DNA of 64,000 bases from Coriobacteriales bacterium (lineage in GTDB: Bacteria > Actinomycetota > Coriobacteriia > Coriobacteriales > UBA8131). Each line of letters opens with the position of its first letter. Position 1 is the stretch's first letter. The notes beneath the pieces are model-generated. The model was not told the DNA's origin and ran no database searches. It saw only the letters and a program-made list of their open reading frames with translations. Of this stretch, positions 45,143 through 55,927 are shown in pieces. The position numbers were made by a program, and so were the translations under genes. The stretch spans positions 31,307 through 95,306 of the forward strand of contig JAITRZ010000048.1 in assembly GCA_031288185.1 (NCBI GenBank), given 5' to 3'.

Positions 45143-45734
45143 ACAGACCCCGGCTTTGAATATAGGTCAAAACCGCCGCCGGCAGTTGACCTTCGACGGA
45201 GCGTCCGGTAGCCAAAGCCGTCCTAACAGAGCTGGATGAAAGGGGGTTTTCTGGCAGATGAAGCACGGCCATCATAAAGGCAGAGTTGGCCGGCTGAAAG
45301 CCCGCCCCCCCTCTGTGCGCGCCCAAGCGTGGCGCAACCAGCACGGTGGCCAGTTGCGCAATGCGTGTGGCTCCCTGCCAGGTTGGGAGATCGGCTGCAG
45401 CATCCTCGCCGCACAGTAAAATAAGCGCGGTATCAGGGCCGGTACGCATGGCAAGCTCTTCCAGGGTGTCTACGGTATAGCTGGGGCCGGGACGCCCTGT
45501 CTCTAAGGTCGAGACGGCAAATTCCTTTCTGCCGGCGATAGCCAAATGGAGCATTTCCAGTCTAGCGTCTGCCGATGCCAGGGTTCCATGGGGCTTGCGT
45601 ACAGGTTCACCGCTGGGCACAAAGAGCACTTCATCCAGAGCCTTTTGATCCAATGCCGCCTGCGCTATCGTCAGGTGGGCGTTGTGTACCGGGTCAAAGG
45701 CCCCACCAAATATGCCCAGACGCCGCACATTCAC
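45126..45734 (-). CDS. nadD: Nicotinate-nucleotide adenylyltransferase
   Basis: GIFGGAFDPVHNAHL (HxGH-type) and the SSSxVR motif. Confidence 0.9.
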   Translation of the reverse strand: MNVRRLGIFGGAFDPVHNAHLTIAQAALDQKALDEVLFVPSGEPVRKPHGTLASADARLEMLHLAIAGRKEFAVSTLETGRPGPSYTVDTLEELAMRTGPDTALILLCGEDAAADLPTWQGATRIAQLATVLVAPRLGAHRGGAGFQPANSAFMMAVLHLPENPLSSSSVRTALATGRSVEGQLPAAVLTYIQSRGLYAKLS

Positions 45735-47101
45735 CTAATCTGCCCTTCGCCTTCCAGAATAAATTTGCTTGAGGTTAAGGCCGTAAGTCCCATCGGACCC
45801 CGAGCGTGCAGTTTTTGGGTAGAGATACCAATTTCAGCCCCCAGGCCAAACTCTCCGCCGTCTGTAAAACGCGTCGAAGCGTTGGCATAGACGGCCGCTG
45901 AGTCTACGTCTCGCAAAAAACGGTTGACGGCCGCATAGTCCTGACTCAGGATGCTCTCGGAGTGATGGGTTGAATAGCGGTTGATGTGGGCAATGGCCTC
46001 ATCCAACCCTTCCACACACTTTACGGCTATCTCTAAAGCCAGATATTCCTGAGCCCAATCCGCCTCTGTGGCTTTCTCTAACAAGGCCGTGGGAGCGGGA
46101 AGGGCCGCCGCCAGGGCGTAAGTTGTTGGGTCAGCATGCACCTTGACCCCAGCCGCAAAGAGGGCCTCAAGCATCTGTGGCAAGCGCTCGGTGGCGATAG
46201 ACGCATCAATGAGCAGGGTCTCAATGGCATTGCAGACACCGGGACGCTGAGTCTTAGCATTGAGCATGATAGGAATGATTATCTCCGGATCAGCTGTATT
46301 GTGCACATACAAATGACAGTTTCCTTCCCCGGTCTCAATCACTGGCACCTTGGCCTCTTGCACCGTGGTTCTAATGAGAGAAGCTGAACCGCGCGGAATG
46401 AGCACATCGATGAGGCCGTGCAGCTGCATCAACTCAGTGGTGACGGCGCGATCCGTACTCTCAATGCATTGCAGCCAGCCTGTGGGCAAGCCATGGTCGA
46501 TGCCAGCCTGGGCCAAAACTGCGGTCATAGACAGGTTTGAATGCAAAGCCAACGAGCCGCCGCGCAACAGGCAGGCATTGGCGGTTTTTAGACAGAGACC
46601 AGCGGCATCAGCAGTAACATTGGGACGCGCCTCATAAATCATCGCCACAACGCCAAGGGGCACCCGCACGCGACGCAGACGAATGCCGTTGGCGAGAGTG
46701 TGGCCCTCCAGCACCGTACTGAGAGGATCGGGGCTGGCGGCCAGCTGACGCAGGGCCGTAGCGATGTCAGCAATGCGTTCTGACGTTAGCAGCAGTCTGT
46801 CTATCAACGGCTCAGCCACCCCCGTCTGCTGGGCCGCCTCGACATCTCGGCCGTTTTCGAGCAAGAGGTAATCCTGATGCTCAAGCAATGCCGTAGCCAG
46901 GGCCTCCAGGGCTATCTGGCGTTCCGTTGCAGAAGTGGTGGCCAGGGTTTGGGCCGCCTGCTGTGCCACCAGTGCTTTTTGATACGCCTCGCCTCCCTGA
47001 TGATTACCGGTCTGCCTGGCGGCCGTGCCGGCTGTGCCTTTTTCCTGTTGATCCTGGTTCATTATCGCTTGTCCTCCTAGCGTATTCATATCCTCTCCCA
47101 T
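45731..47101 (-). CDS. proA: Glutamate-5-semialdehyde dehydrogenase
   Basis: Aldehyde dehydrogenase fold with a catalytic Cys context (PGVCNAIETLL). Overlaps the nadD start and follows proB. Confidence 0.9.
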   Translation of the reverse strand: MGEDMNTLGGQAIMNQDQQEKGTAGTAARQTGNHQGGEAYQKALVAQQAAQTLATTSATERQIALEALATALLEHQDYLLLENGRDVEAAQQTGVAEPLIDRLLLTSERIADIATALRQLAASPDPLSTVLEGHTLANGIRLRRVRVPLGVVAMIYEARPNVTADAAGLCLKTANACLLRGGSLALHSNLSMTAVLAQAGIDHGLPTGWLQCIESTDRAVTTELMQLHGLIDVLIPRGSASLIRTTVQEAKVPVIETGEGNCHLYVHNTADPEIIIPIMLNAKTQRPGVCNAIETLLIDASIATERLPQMLEALFAAGVKVHADPTTYALAAALPAPTALLEKATEADWAQEYLALEIAVKCVEGLDEAIAHINRYSTHHSESILSQDYAAVNRFLRDVDSAAVYANASTRFTDGGEFGLGAEIGISTQKLHARGPMGLTALTSSKFILEGEGQIR

Positions 47102-47122
47102 CCTGCTTTCACTCCTCCCACG

Positions 47123-48271
47123 CTAAAAAACAACCATTTCATCGCGATGGATAACTATGGCCGTATCCTGATCATTAAGTAGTTTAGCATCGGTTAGACG
47201 GGTGCTGGTTAAACCGGCGGCACTGCGCAGGACAGCGCTGGAATAACTGCTCAGGCCACGGCCGATCAAAAGCCCTTCCGGGTTACGGATGTCAAGGGCG
47301 CTGCCGGGCGCGAACTCACCCTGCACCTCCCTAACACCCACCGCCAACAACGAGCCACCGCGTTCTCTCAACGCGCGCGCCGCCCCAGCGTCCACCTTGA
47401 CCGCGCCCTGAATAGGGCCTGCCAACGCCAACCAGAGCTTGCGCGCCCCGGCCTGGCGCCGGTCGCCATCGGTTAAAAAGCGCGTACCGCGCACCTCGCC
47501 GCGTGCGGCGCTGAGCAGAGCATTGGTAACGCGGCCAGAACAGATGACCGTGGGAATGGAAGCGGCCTTCAGCATCCGCGCGGCCTCAATCTTTGTAAAC
47601 ATGCCGCCACTGCCCTTTTCGGTGCCCGCTTCTCCGGCCGCGTCAACGATCTCAGCGCTAAATATTGCTACTTGTTCAAGCAATTCTGCATCGGCTTCAA
47701 GGCGCGGGTCAGCGCTATAAAGTCCCTCAATATCACTAAGCAACACCACCAGATCAGCTTTTACCATCATAGCCACCTGGGCCGCCAGACTGTCGTTGTC
47801 GCCAAAACGGATCTCATCAATGGCGACGGTGTCATTTTCATTGATAAGCGGGATCACTCCCAGGTTTAACAGTCGATACAGGGTGTCGCGGGCATGCAGG
47901 TATGATTGGCGGTTTTGGATGTCAGCCCTAGTTAGAAGGATCTGCGCTAGACGCAATTCCTGAAGTTCAAAGGATTGGGCATAGTGACGAGCCAGCTCAA
48001 TCTGACCAACAGCCGCCGCCGCCTGCAAAGTGGGCACATCATCCGGCCGTTTGGGCGGCATCGCCAGGGCCTCAAGCCCGGCGATGATGGCACCGGAGGA
48101 TACGATGAGCAACTCTACCTGCTCATCAACCAGTTGTCTTGCCTGCGCGGCAAGGTCATTGAGATAGCTTGCGTCCAACTGACCCGCAGCGTTGGTCAAC
48201 GTGGATGAACCAATTTTGACCACCAACCGCCTAACCTGCGCCTGGGCCGCACCGGCCCTCTCGGCGCTCAT
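47123..48271 (-). CDS. proB: Glutamate 5-kinase (with PUA domain)
   Basis: VVKIGSSTLT amino-acid kinase N-terminus and a C-terminal PUA domain. ATG at 48271 with AAGAGG 5 nt upstream. Confidence 0.9.
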   Translation of the reverse strand: MSAERAGAAQAQVRRLVVKIGSSTLTNAAGQLDASYLNDLAAQARQLVDEQVELLIVSSGAIIAGLEALAMPPKRPDDVPTLQAAAAVGQIELARHYAQSFELQELRLAQILLTRADIQNRQSYLHARDTLYRLLNLGVIPLINENDTVAIDEIRFGDNDSLAAQVAMMVKADLVVLLSDIEGLYSADPRLEADAELLEQVAIFSAEIVDAAGEAGTEKGSGGMFTKIEAARMLKAASIPTVICSGRVTNALLSAARGEVRGTRFLTDGDRRQAGARKLWLALAGPIQGAVKVDAGAARALRERGGSLLAVGVREVQGEFAPGSALDIRNPEGLLIGRGLSSYSSAVLRSAAGLTSTRLTDAKLLNDQDTAIVIHRDEMVVF

Positions 48272-48364
48272 GTGGGCCTCTTAGCCTGGGCCGCACCGGC
48301 CCTCTCGGCGCTCATGTGCACCGTGCTCGCTTTCTCATGTGAACTGCACCAGCTTTCTTGGCAC

Positions 48365-50008
<1,644 letters not shown>

Positions 50009-50039
50009 TCAAGAGATGTCCTTAAGAGACGTTTTTGCC

Positions 50040-50080
50040 AGAGAATACAAAGCCCTCTGCGAGGCGAGAGCAGAGGGCTT
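50040..50080 (-). terminator. Hairpin/attenuator between rpmA and obg
   Basis: The minus strand reads AAGCCCTCTGC-tctcgcctc-GCAGAGGGCTT, followed by TGTATTCTCT. Confidence 0.45.
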
Positions 50081-50106
50081 AAGACATACATTTTGGGCGA
50101 CGGTCC

Positions 50107-50355
50107 TCAGACCGCGCGCACATGCACCTTCCGCTTGGTGCCACGGGTAAATTCAAGCACACCATCGCTTAGCGCAAACAGAGTATCGTCACTGCCTCTG
50201 CCAACATTATCGCCGGGATGAATATGGGTGCCGCGCTGCCTGACGATGATATTGCCCGTTTTAACGCGCTGGCCAGCAAACATCTTGACGCCCAGTCGCT
50301 TGCCCCTGGAATCACGCCCATTGCGGCTAGAACCCAGACCTTTCTTATGTGCCAT
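50107..50355 (-). CDS. rpmA: 50S ribosomal protein L27
   Basis: [24 protein letters not shown]. Confidence 0.95.
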   Translation of the reverse strand: MAHKKGLGSSRNGRDSRGKRLGVKMFAGQRVKTGNIIVRQRGTHIHPGDNVGRGSDDTLFALSDGVLEFTRGTKRKVHVRAV

Positions 50356-50397
50356 ATGCTACCTTACCTTTCTCAGTATCTGTTGTGCCGCGCTCAC

Positions 50398-51348
50398 TTA
50401 AGCGTCCTTGCGCGCGTCGTTTTCTTTTGCCTGAGCAGTCTTTGACTTTCTGGAAGCGGCGGTCGCTGAACCCTGTTCTTTGTCTGCGTCTAACTCAGAG
50501 CCATCCAAGGCGGTATCCTTGCCTGCGGCTTGGTCGGAAACAGACTTCCCGGCACGCTTGCGCGCAGGGAGCTCAGGGGAAGGGGCAGCGTCTGCGGCAT
50601 TCTCCGCTGGTGAGAGCGCTGGCTCACCATCACTGGCGGCGCCTTTGGACTGTCTGACGGCGGCAGAGCTTTTTCTTGCGCCGGCCCTGGTCTTGTGCGT
50701 GGCCTCGGTATCCGCAGCTTTAGGCCCAGACTTGGTGCCTTTGCTTTTGGCCGCAGGTTGCACGTTCGCATCCTTGCTGGTACCGTCGGCTTCACCGGTA
50801 CGAGCTGCGTCTGCCTGATCACTACCAGCCTTTGCGCGGGACTTTCTGGCTCCTTTGCCTTGTGCGGTGGCGCGCGCGGAGCCTTTTGGTGTGTCTTTGG
50901 AGGTCGAGCCGCCTGAGCCTTGCGCCGGGGATGTATCGGCAGTCACAGCGCTAGAAGCCTCATCCACCGTTTTGGCAGCAGAAGAAGCGGTAGCCTGCAG
51001 ATCGCCTGTGGCCTTTTTGCGAGGAAGGGGCGCCTTACCATCCAAACTGATGGATTCCACAACCAGCCGGGTTAGCTGTTGGCGATGGCCCTTGAGTCGC
51101 TTGTAGCCTTTACGCTTCCTAAACTTGAAGATTAGCTGCTTGTCGCCTTTGAACTGCTCGGTGATGGTGGCAAAAACCTTGGCCTCGCCCAGCTCGTCCG
51201 GGCTGCTAAGAATCCTGCTGCCGTCAGCGATGAAAACAACCTCCAATTCAGCTGATGCTCCAGCCTTGCCCGGCAGCTTCTCAACCTCAAGAGTAGTGCC
51301 CTGCTCAACGCGATATTGTTTGGCTCCCGTTACGACTATTGCGTACAT
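50398..51348 (-). CDS. rplU: 50S ribosomal protein L21 with a roughly 210-aa K/A/S/T-rich C-terminal extension
   Basis: MYAIVVTGAKQYRVEQG...FKFRKRKGYKRLKGHRQ is the canonical L21 core (about 100 aa). The frame then continues for about 210 further codons of low complexity. Confidence 0.85.
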   Translation of the reverse strand: MYAIVVTGAKQYRVEQGTTLEVEKLPGKAGASAELEVVFIADGSRILSSPDELGEAKVFATITEQFKGDKQLIFKFRKRKGYKRLKGHRQQLTRLVVESISLDGKAPLPRKKATGDLQATASSAAKTVDEASSAVTADTSPAQGSGGSTSKDTPKGSARATAQGKGARKSRAKAGSDQADAARTGEADGTSKDANVQPAAKSKGTKSGPKAADTEATHKTRAGARKSSAAVRQSKGAASDGEPALSPAENAADAAPSPELPARKRAGKSVSDQAAGKDTALDGSELDADKEQGSATAASRKSKTAQAKENDARKDA

Positions 51349-51429
51349 CTATTGCCTTTCATTTGCATGGCGCATCCGACGCTGCGCTATTGGCTATCAG
51401 ACCCTGCCCGTGGCAAGGTGACTACTGTC

Positions 51430-51504
51430 TGGCTCCCCGGGTAGGATTCGAACCTACAACCCATCGGTTAACAGCCGATTGCTCTGCCATTGAGCTACCG
51501 AGGA
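51430..51504 (-). tRNA. tRNA-Asn (anticodon GTT)
   Basis: TCCTCGGTAGCTCAATGGCAGAGCAATCGGCTGTTAACCGATGGGTTGTAGGTTCGAATCCTACCCGGGGAGCCA. It forms a cloverleaf with an ATCGG/CCGAT anticodon stem. Confidence 0.9.
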
Positions 51505-51601
51505 ATAAAGTCGCTTGAGCGCTAAGTATAACAAACTGCCCAACGCTTGACTGGCGATAGAAAAGAGGCAACTTGCCTGATAAACATGCCGCCTGGCTGT
51601 G

Positions 51602-51676
51602 TGGTGGGCCCTGCAGGATTCGAACCTGCAACCAAGGGATTATGAGTCCCCTGCTCCGCCATTGAGCTAAGGGCCC
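51602..51676 (-). tRNA. tRNA-Met, elongator type (anticodon CAT; an Ile2-lysidine tRNA cannot be excluded)
   Basis: GGGCCCTTAGCTCAATGGCGGAGCAGGGGACTCATAATCCCTTGGTTGCAGGTTCGAATCCTGCAGGGCCCACCA. The 1:72 pair is G-C, so it is not an initiator. Confidence 0.85.
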
Positions 51677-51751
51677 ACCGGCTAAAAAGCTCCCAGATTG
51701 TAGCATACCCTCAACACCAGAAGCTGTTTGGGCCAGGAAGAAAGAGCAGGG

Positions 51752-51814
51752 GGAAAGCAAAAGGCCAGCTCACCGTGCCGAGCGTATCAGCTCTGAGCGT
51801 GTCAGCTGGCCTTT
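51752..51814 (-). terminator. Candidate terminator after htrA
   Basis: 11-bp stem aaaggccagct / agctggccttt with a large loop, followed on the minus strand by TTTTGCTTT. Confidence 0.4.
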
Positions 51815-51893
51815 GAGCCAAAGAAAAATATAACAACGGCGTAGCTACTTGAAGGTAAGCAGGAAGCGCGCGTCTACAATGCGAGGCAAGCGT

Positions 51894-53648
51894 CTAACTG
51901 GAACCCAGGGTTACGCCAATACCCAGAGTCTCGTTGCCTCTGAGAACAGCCAGTCCAATCGTGTCGCCAACTTCATGGGTACGAATCTGAATGATCAATT
52001 CATCTGAGGTAGTCACCTTGATGCCGTCAATGGCCGTTATCACATCACCGGTCTTAATGCCGGCGGTGAAGGCAGGTGAACCGTCTACGACGCTGGCAAC
52101 ATAGGCTCCGCTGGTGGCACTGACGCCCAGGGTAGCGGCATTGCGAGAGGTCACCGTGCCTACCGTAACCCCTAAGGAGGGGTGCTCGACTTCCTCGCCC
52201 TGCATTATCTGCTGGGCCACCTTGATGACATAGTTACTTGGCAGGGCAAAGCCTACCCCAGCGCTGGAGCCAGAGGTGCTTTGGATAACGGTATTGATGC
52301 CTATCAATTTACCTTCATTATCAACCAGCGCACCGCCAGAATTGCCGGGATTGATGGCAGCGTCAGTTTGGATCATGTTGGCATAAACGCTGATGCCATC
52401 TGAAGATTGCATGGCAGTGGAGCGGTAGAGGGCTGAAACAATGCCGGTGGAAACAGATTTCTCCAACCCAAAGGGACTTCCCACAGCCATCACCCAGTCA
52501 CCAACCACTACCTTGTCAGAATCGGCTACCTCTATGGGGGTAAGTCCGGTGGCATTGACCTTGAGCACCGCCAGATCGCTGGATTCATCGGTACCAACCA
52601 GCGTGGCTTCCATCTGCTGGTCTCCCAGGCTCACTATGAACTGCTGGCCATCAGCGACCACATGAGCATTGGTAACAATATAGCCATCGGCGCTGATGAT
52701 AACCCCAGAACCCAGACTGGTCTTGTCCAGAGAACTGGCCTCATCACCACCGGGATAGTTATTGCCAAAAAAGGAATCAAAGGGGCTGGGAGAAGGCGCG
52801 GTGTAGACGTCTATATTGACCACTGAGGGCGTCACCTTGATGGCGACCACCTCAGCCAATTCACTGTCTTCATTGGGCGGCTGGATAGTCAGGCTGAAGG
52901 GATTTGTGCTATTAGAAAAAACAAAACCGTTGGTGGCATAATACAGGATACCAACGGCGAGCCCCGCCCCAACAAGTACGCCAAGCAGGCCCATCACAAA
53001 CGCCAGGCCATGACCACCTTTCTGCGGGGGCTCCTGACTATGATGATGGGGGGAGGCATAGGGATTGGAAGGAATCGAGGTGGGTGGAGCGCTGGCGGTA
53101 TACGGTGGCGTGTTGGCTGTTTCCGAGGCCGGTGAGTTTGCGCTGGGGGATGGCTGGCCAAAAGCTCCGGCAGCCGTGTAGGACGAAGAGGGATTTTGGC
53201 TGGTATAGCCCTGTTGCGCGGGGGCTCCTTCAGGGTTAGGATAAGCCGACGGTTGGGGCTGGGAAGGCGGTGGGTACACGGGGCTGGGGCTGGCATAGAC
53301 CGATGCCTGGGACTCTGGGGTGGTGAAGGCTGACGGCTGAGGAGAGGCCGATGGCGTAGGATAGGCCGCAGCAGACGACTGATACGGAGCTGATGGCTGA
53401 TACGGAGCCGATGGCTGCTCGCTCTCATACGGCTGGGGCGCCTGAGCGCTCGCGGAGGAGGCAGTAGCCGCCTGCTGCTCACCGGCGTAGGGCTGGGCGG
53501 AGGCCTGAACATACTGATCAGACGGAGCGTTGAGAGAGGCTGACGGCTGCGGAGAGGACGGTTCAGCCCCGAAGGGCTGGGCGTGTGGATCAGGCTGCTG
53601 AGTGGAGGATTCGCCTTGAGGTGGAAAATCTTGAGTTGCGTCCGACAT
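51894..53648 (-). CDS. htrA: HtrA/DegP-family serine protease with a PDZ domain and a long P/Q/S/A-rich N-terminal region
   Basis: Trypsin-like triad context (TNAHVV, DLAVLK, GNSGGALVD), a C-terminal PDZ domain, and one TM helix after about 210 low-complexity residues. Confidence 0.85.
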   Translation of the reverse strand: MSDATQDFPPQGESSTQQPDPHAQPFGAEPSSPQPSASLNAPSDQYVQASAQPYAGEQQAATASSASAQAPQPYESEQPSAPYQPSAPYQSSAAAYPTPSASPQPSAFTTPESQASVYASPSPVYPPPSQPQPSAYPNPEGAPAQQGYTSQNPSSSYTAAGAFGQPSPSANSPASETANTPPYTASAPPTSIPSNPYASPHHHSQEPPQKGGHGLAFVMGLLGVLVGAGLAVGILYYATNGFVFSNSTNPFSLTIQPPNEDSELAEVVAIKVTPSVVNIDVYTAPSPSPFDSFFGNNYPGGDEASSLDKTSLGSGVIISADGYIVTNAHVVADGQQFIVSLGDQQMEATLVGTDESSDLAVLKVNATGLTPIEVADSDKVVVGDWVMAVGSPFGLEKSVSTGIVSALYRSTAMQSSDGISVYANMIQTDAAINPGNSGGALVDNEGKLIGINTVIQSTSGSSAGVGFALPSNYVIKVAQQIMQGEEVEHPSLGVTVGTVTSRNAATLGVSATSGAYVASVVDGSPAFTAGIKTGDVITAIDGIKVTTSDELIIQIRTHEVGDTIGLAVLRGNETLGIGVTLGSS

Positions 53649-53855
53649 ATACCGGTACTCCTAATTGTTGGTTATCTGCGAAATTGCAGGTAGCTCAAGC
53701 GTCCCCGGCACTCCGTGGCAGCTGTTGAACTGAGACTGTCTCTAACCAAGCCGGCAAAACTCACCGTGTAGCGCGCCCGCGAAACAAACGCACCGCACCG
53801 GCGCACACAGGTGCCGACCGGTCGAGAAGGAATCTGCGACAGATATACTGATTGG

Positions 53856-54089
53856 TCAGAGAAATCTTTCAGTTAGGTAAGCGATAATAGCGTCAGATTC
53901 ATACAGGGGCTCACCGTCGATGAAAAGACAGGGGACCTGGTTTTTGCCACCGTGCTCTAAAAGATACTCCCGGTTTTCTGGCTCAGTAGTAGAATGCAGA
54001 TCAAGCACAATACCATTGTTCTCCAAAAAACCCAGAACTTTAAGTGAAAAAGGGCAGGTAGGCAGGTAATAGAGCTTCAGGTCGGGCAT
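53856..54089 (-). CDS. Glutaredoxin-like small thioredoxin-fold protein (CPFS motif)
   Basis: LYYLPTCPFSLKV ... VPCLFIDGEPLYESDAII. Confidence 0.75.
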   Translation of the reverse strand: MPDLKLYYLPTCPFSLKVLGFLENNGIVLDLHSTTEPENREYLLEHGGKNQVPCLFIDGEPLYESDAIIAYLTERFL

Positions 54090-54340
54090 AATGGCTCCCT
54101 TCGATGGGTCAATAGTAATGCCTATGATAGCAGTTCACGCTGAAAAATAGGTTACGAATGCCTGACATCTATACGGGCCTGCTCCCCTACCCGTCGGGTT
54201 GGGGTCTGTACCGTAACCCCCTACCCCTTTATCCCCTCGGCAAAAAGCGCCAACGTCATGGTGGGTTTTGTCCCCTACTGTCGCAATCAGGGTTTTTGCT
54301 ACTATTAACCAGACAGTTACGATAGTAAGGAGACAATACC

Positions 54341-54580
54341 ATGAGTGTTGATACACTAACGGCCATCAGAGACGTATTTGCGGACAAGTTGGGGGTGGAT
54401 CCGGCCGTTGTGGTTTTGGAGGCCGAGCTGGCCGGTGACCTGGGTGCAGATTCGCTGGATGCCATTGAGGTAATTATGGCTTTGGAAGAACTCTATGGGA
54501 TAGAGTTTGACGGTGAGCAGGTTGAGAATCTAAAGACGGTGGCCGATGTGGTAGAGCTGGTGGATACGCTCACCGCCTGA
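54341..54580 (+). CDS. acpP: Acyl carrier protein
   Basis: LGADSLDAIEVIMALEE phosphopantetheine-attachment motif. 79 aa, with AAGGAG upstream. Confidence 0.85.
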   Translation: MSVDTLTAIRDVFADKLGVDPAVVVLEAELAGDLGADSLDAIEVIMALEELYGIEFDGEQVENLKTVADVVELVDTLTA

Positions 54581-54621
54581 GATCTGTGCTGTGGGGTTGA
54601 AAGCACCGGAGAGGGGTACAC

Positions 54622-55905
54622 ATGGTCTCTGTCAGATTCGCTCGCGACGGGTGGCGGGCGGCGTTGGATAGTGCTGCGACCACTGCGGGAGCGCCCGATG
54701 TCAAACGCACGCGCGACGGGTGGCATCCAACGCGCGTGGTGCATTTGGCTGCGGGGGAGATAGTGGCAAAAACGTTTGTGATGTCACGGCATCTGACGCG
54801 CGTGGTGCATTTGGCTGCGGTAGCTTGCGTCACGCCTTTTCAGCCCGCTTCTTCCCTAGCTACATACTGGGTTGGCCACCTGCGCCAGACTGCTGCTCAG
54901 GCTGGCCGTTGGCTTTTTGCTCTGCTGCTTCTGTTAGTGGTGTGTGGCCCTTTGCTCTCTGGCTGCGGTGGCGGATTGGCTATTCCAAATGATGAAGCAT
55001 CAACCGATGGCAGACTCAAGGTGATCGCTTCCATCTTTGCTCCCTATGATTTTTGTCAACAGGTGACTAAAGATAAGGCTGACGTTTCGATGTTGGTGCC
55101 TCCTGGCATAGAGACGCATTCCTATGAACCAACTCCTGCGGACATCGTGGCCCTTGGTCAAGCTGACGTGTTTGTATACACCGGTGGTGAGTCCGATGCC
55201 TGGCTGGAGGATACGCTGGCTTCACTGGACAATGACAACCTGAAGCTGGTGCGCCTGATGGATAGTGTCCCTCTGTTGGAAGAGGTGCAACTGGAGGGGA
55301 TGCAGGAAGAAGTAGATGAGGCAGCGCCCACCAACAGCGAGGCTACCGACAAAAGGGAACCGGCCAAAGAGGACCCTGAGGCCGATGAGCATGTCTGGAC
55401 GAGCGTAGCTAACGCTGAGATAATCGTAAAACAGCTCTCTGGCATCCTTGGTTCCTTAGACCCGGCCAACGCCGAGGACTACCAGCACAACGCCCTGACA
55501 TATCTGGATGAACTCAAGCAGCTGGATGCCCGTTTTCGCGCGGTAGTTGACGGCGCGGCGCGCAAGACAGTTGTTTTTGCTGATCGTTTTCCCTTTCGCT
55601 ACCTTGCCCATGAATATGGCCTGGAGTGCTATGCGGCCTTTTCCGGCTGCTCCACCGCCGTGGACACCAATCCCCAGACCATTGCCTTTTTGATTGATCA
55701 GGTTAACGAGCGCAGGCTCCCATCCGTGTTCTATATCGAACTGTCCAGCCACAGGATAGCCGATACCGTTGCTGAGGCTACCGGCTGCGGCAAGCTGCTG
55801 CTTCATTCATGTCACAACATCAGCCAAAGCGACTTTGAAGCCGGCCTGGACTATCTAACGTTGATGTACAGAAATGCCAATAATCTCGAAGCGGCGCTCA
55901 GTTGA
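54622..55905 (+). CDS. znuA: Metal (Zn/Mn) ABC transporter substrate-binding lipoprotein, ZnuA/TroA family
   Basis: Lipobox LLSGC, cluster-9 SBP fold, and an acidic loop (EEVDEAAPTNSEATDKREPAKEDPEADEH). The start is uncertain: ATG at 54622 has GGAGAGGGG upstream, and ATG at 54781 is the alternative. The N-terminus contains a 66-bp repeat. Confidence 0.8.
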   Translation: MVSVRFARDGWRAALDSAATTAGAPDVKRTRDGWHPTRVVHLAAGEIVAKTFVMSRHLTRVVHLAAVACVTPFQPASSLATYWVGHLRQTAAQAGRWLFALLLLLVVCGPLLSGCGGGLAIPNDEASTDGRLKVIASIFAPYDFCQQVTKDKADVSMLVPPGIETHSYEPTPADIVALGQADVFVYTGGESDAWLEDTLASLDNDNLKLVRLMDSVPLLEEVQLEGMQEEVDEAAPTNSEATDKREPAKEDPEADEHVWTSVANAEIIVKQLSGILGSLDPANAEDYQHNALTYLDELKQLDARFRAVVDGAARKTVVFADRFPFRYLAHEYGLECYAAFSGCSTAVDTNPQTIAFLIDQVNERRLPSVFYIELSSHRIADTVAEATGCGKLLLHSCHNISQSDFEAGLDYLTLMYRNANNLEAALS

Positions 55906-55927
55906 GGCGACACGAAGGTGCTGACAT

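Noticed and set aside
51602-51676. tRNA(CAT), considered as the initiator tRNA-fMet.
   Set aside because: Position 1:72 is a normal G-C pair and the anticodon stem lacks the three consecutive G-C pairs ending at 31:39. The elongator Met (or Ile2) type is more likely.
52994-53512. 172-aa alternative-frame ORF inside the htrA 5' region.
   Set aside because: It is a P/R-rich artefact of the repetitive P/Q/S-coding region. The htrA frame continues into a bona fide protease domain.
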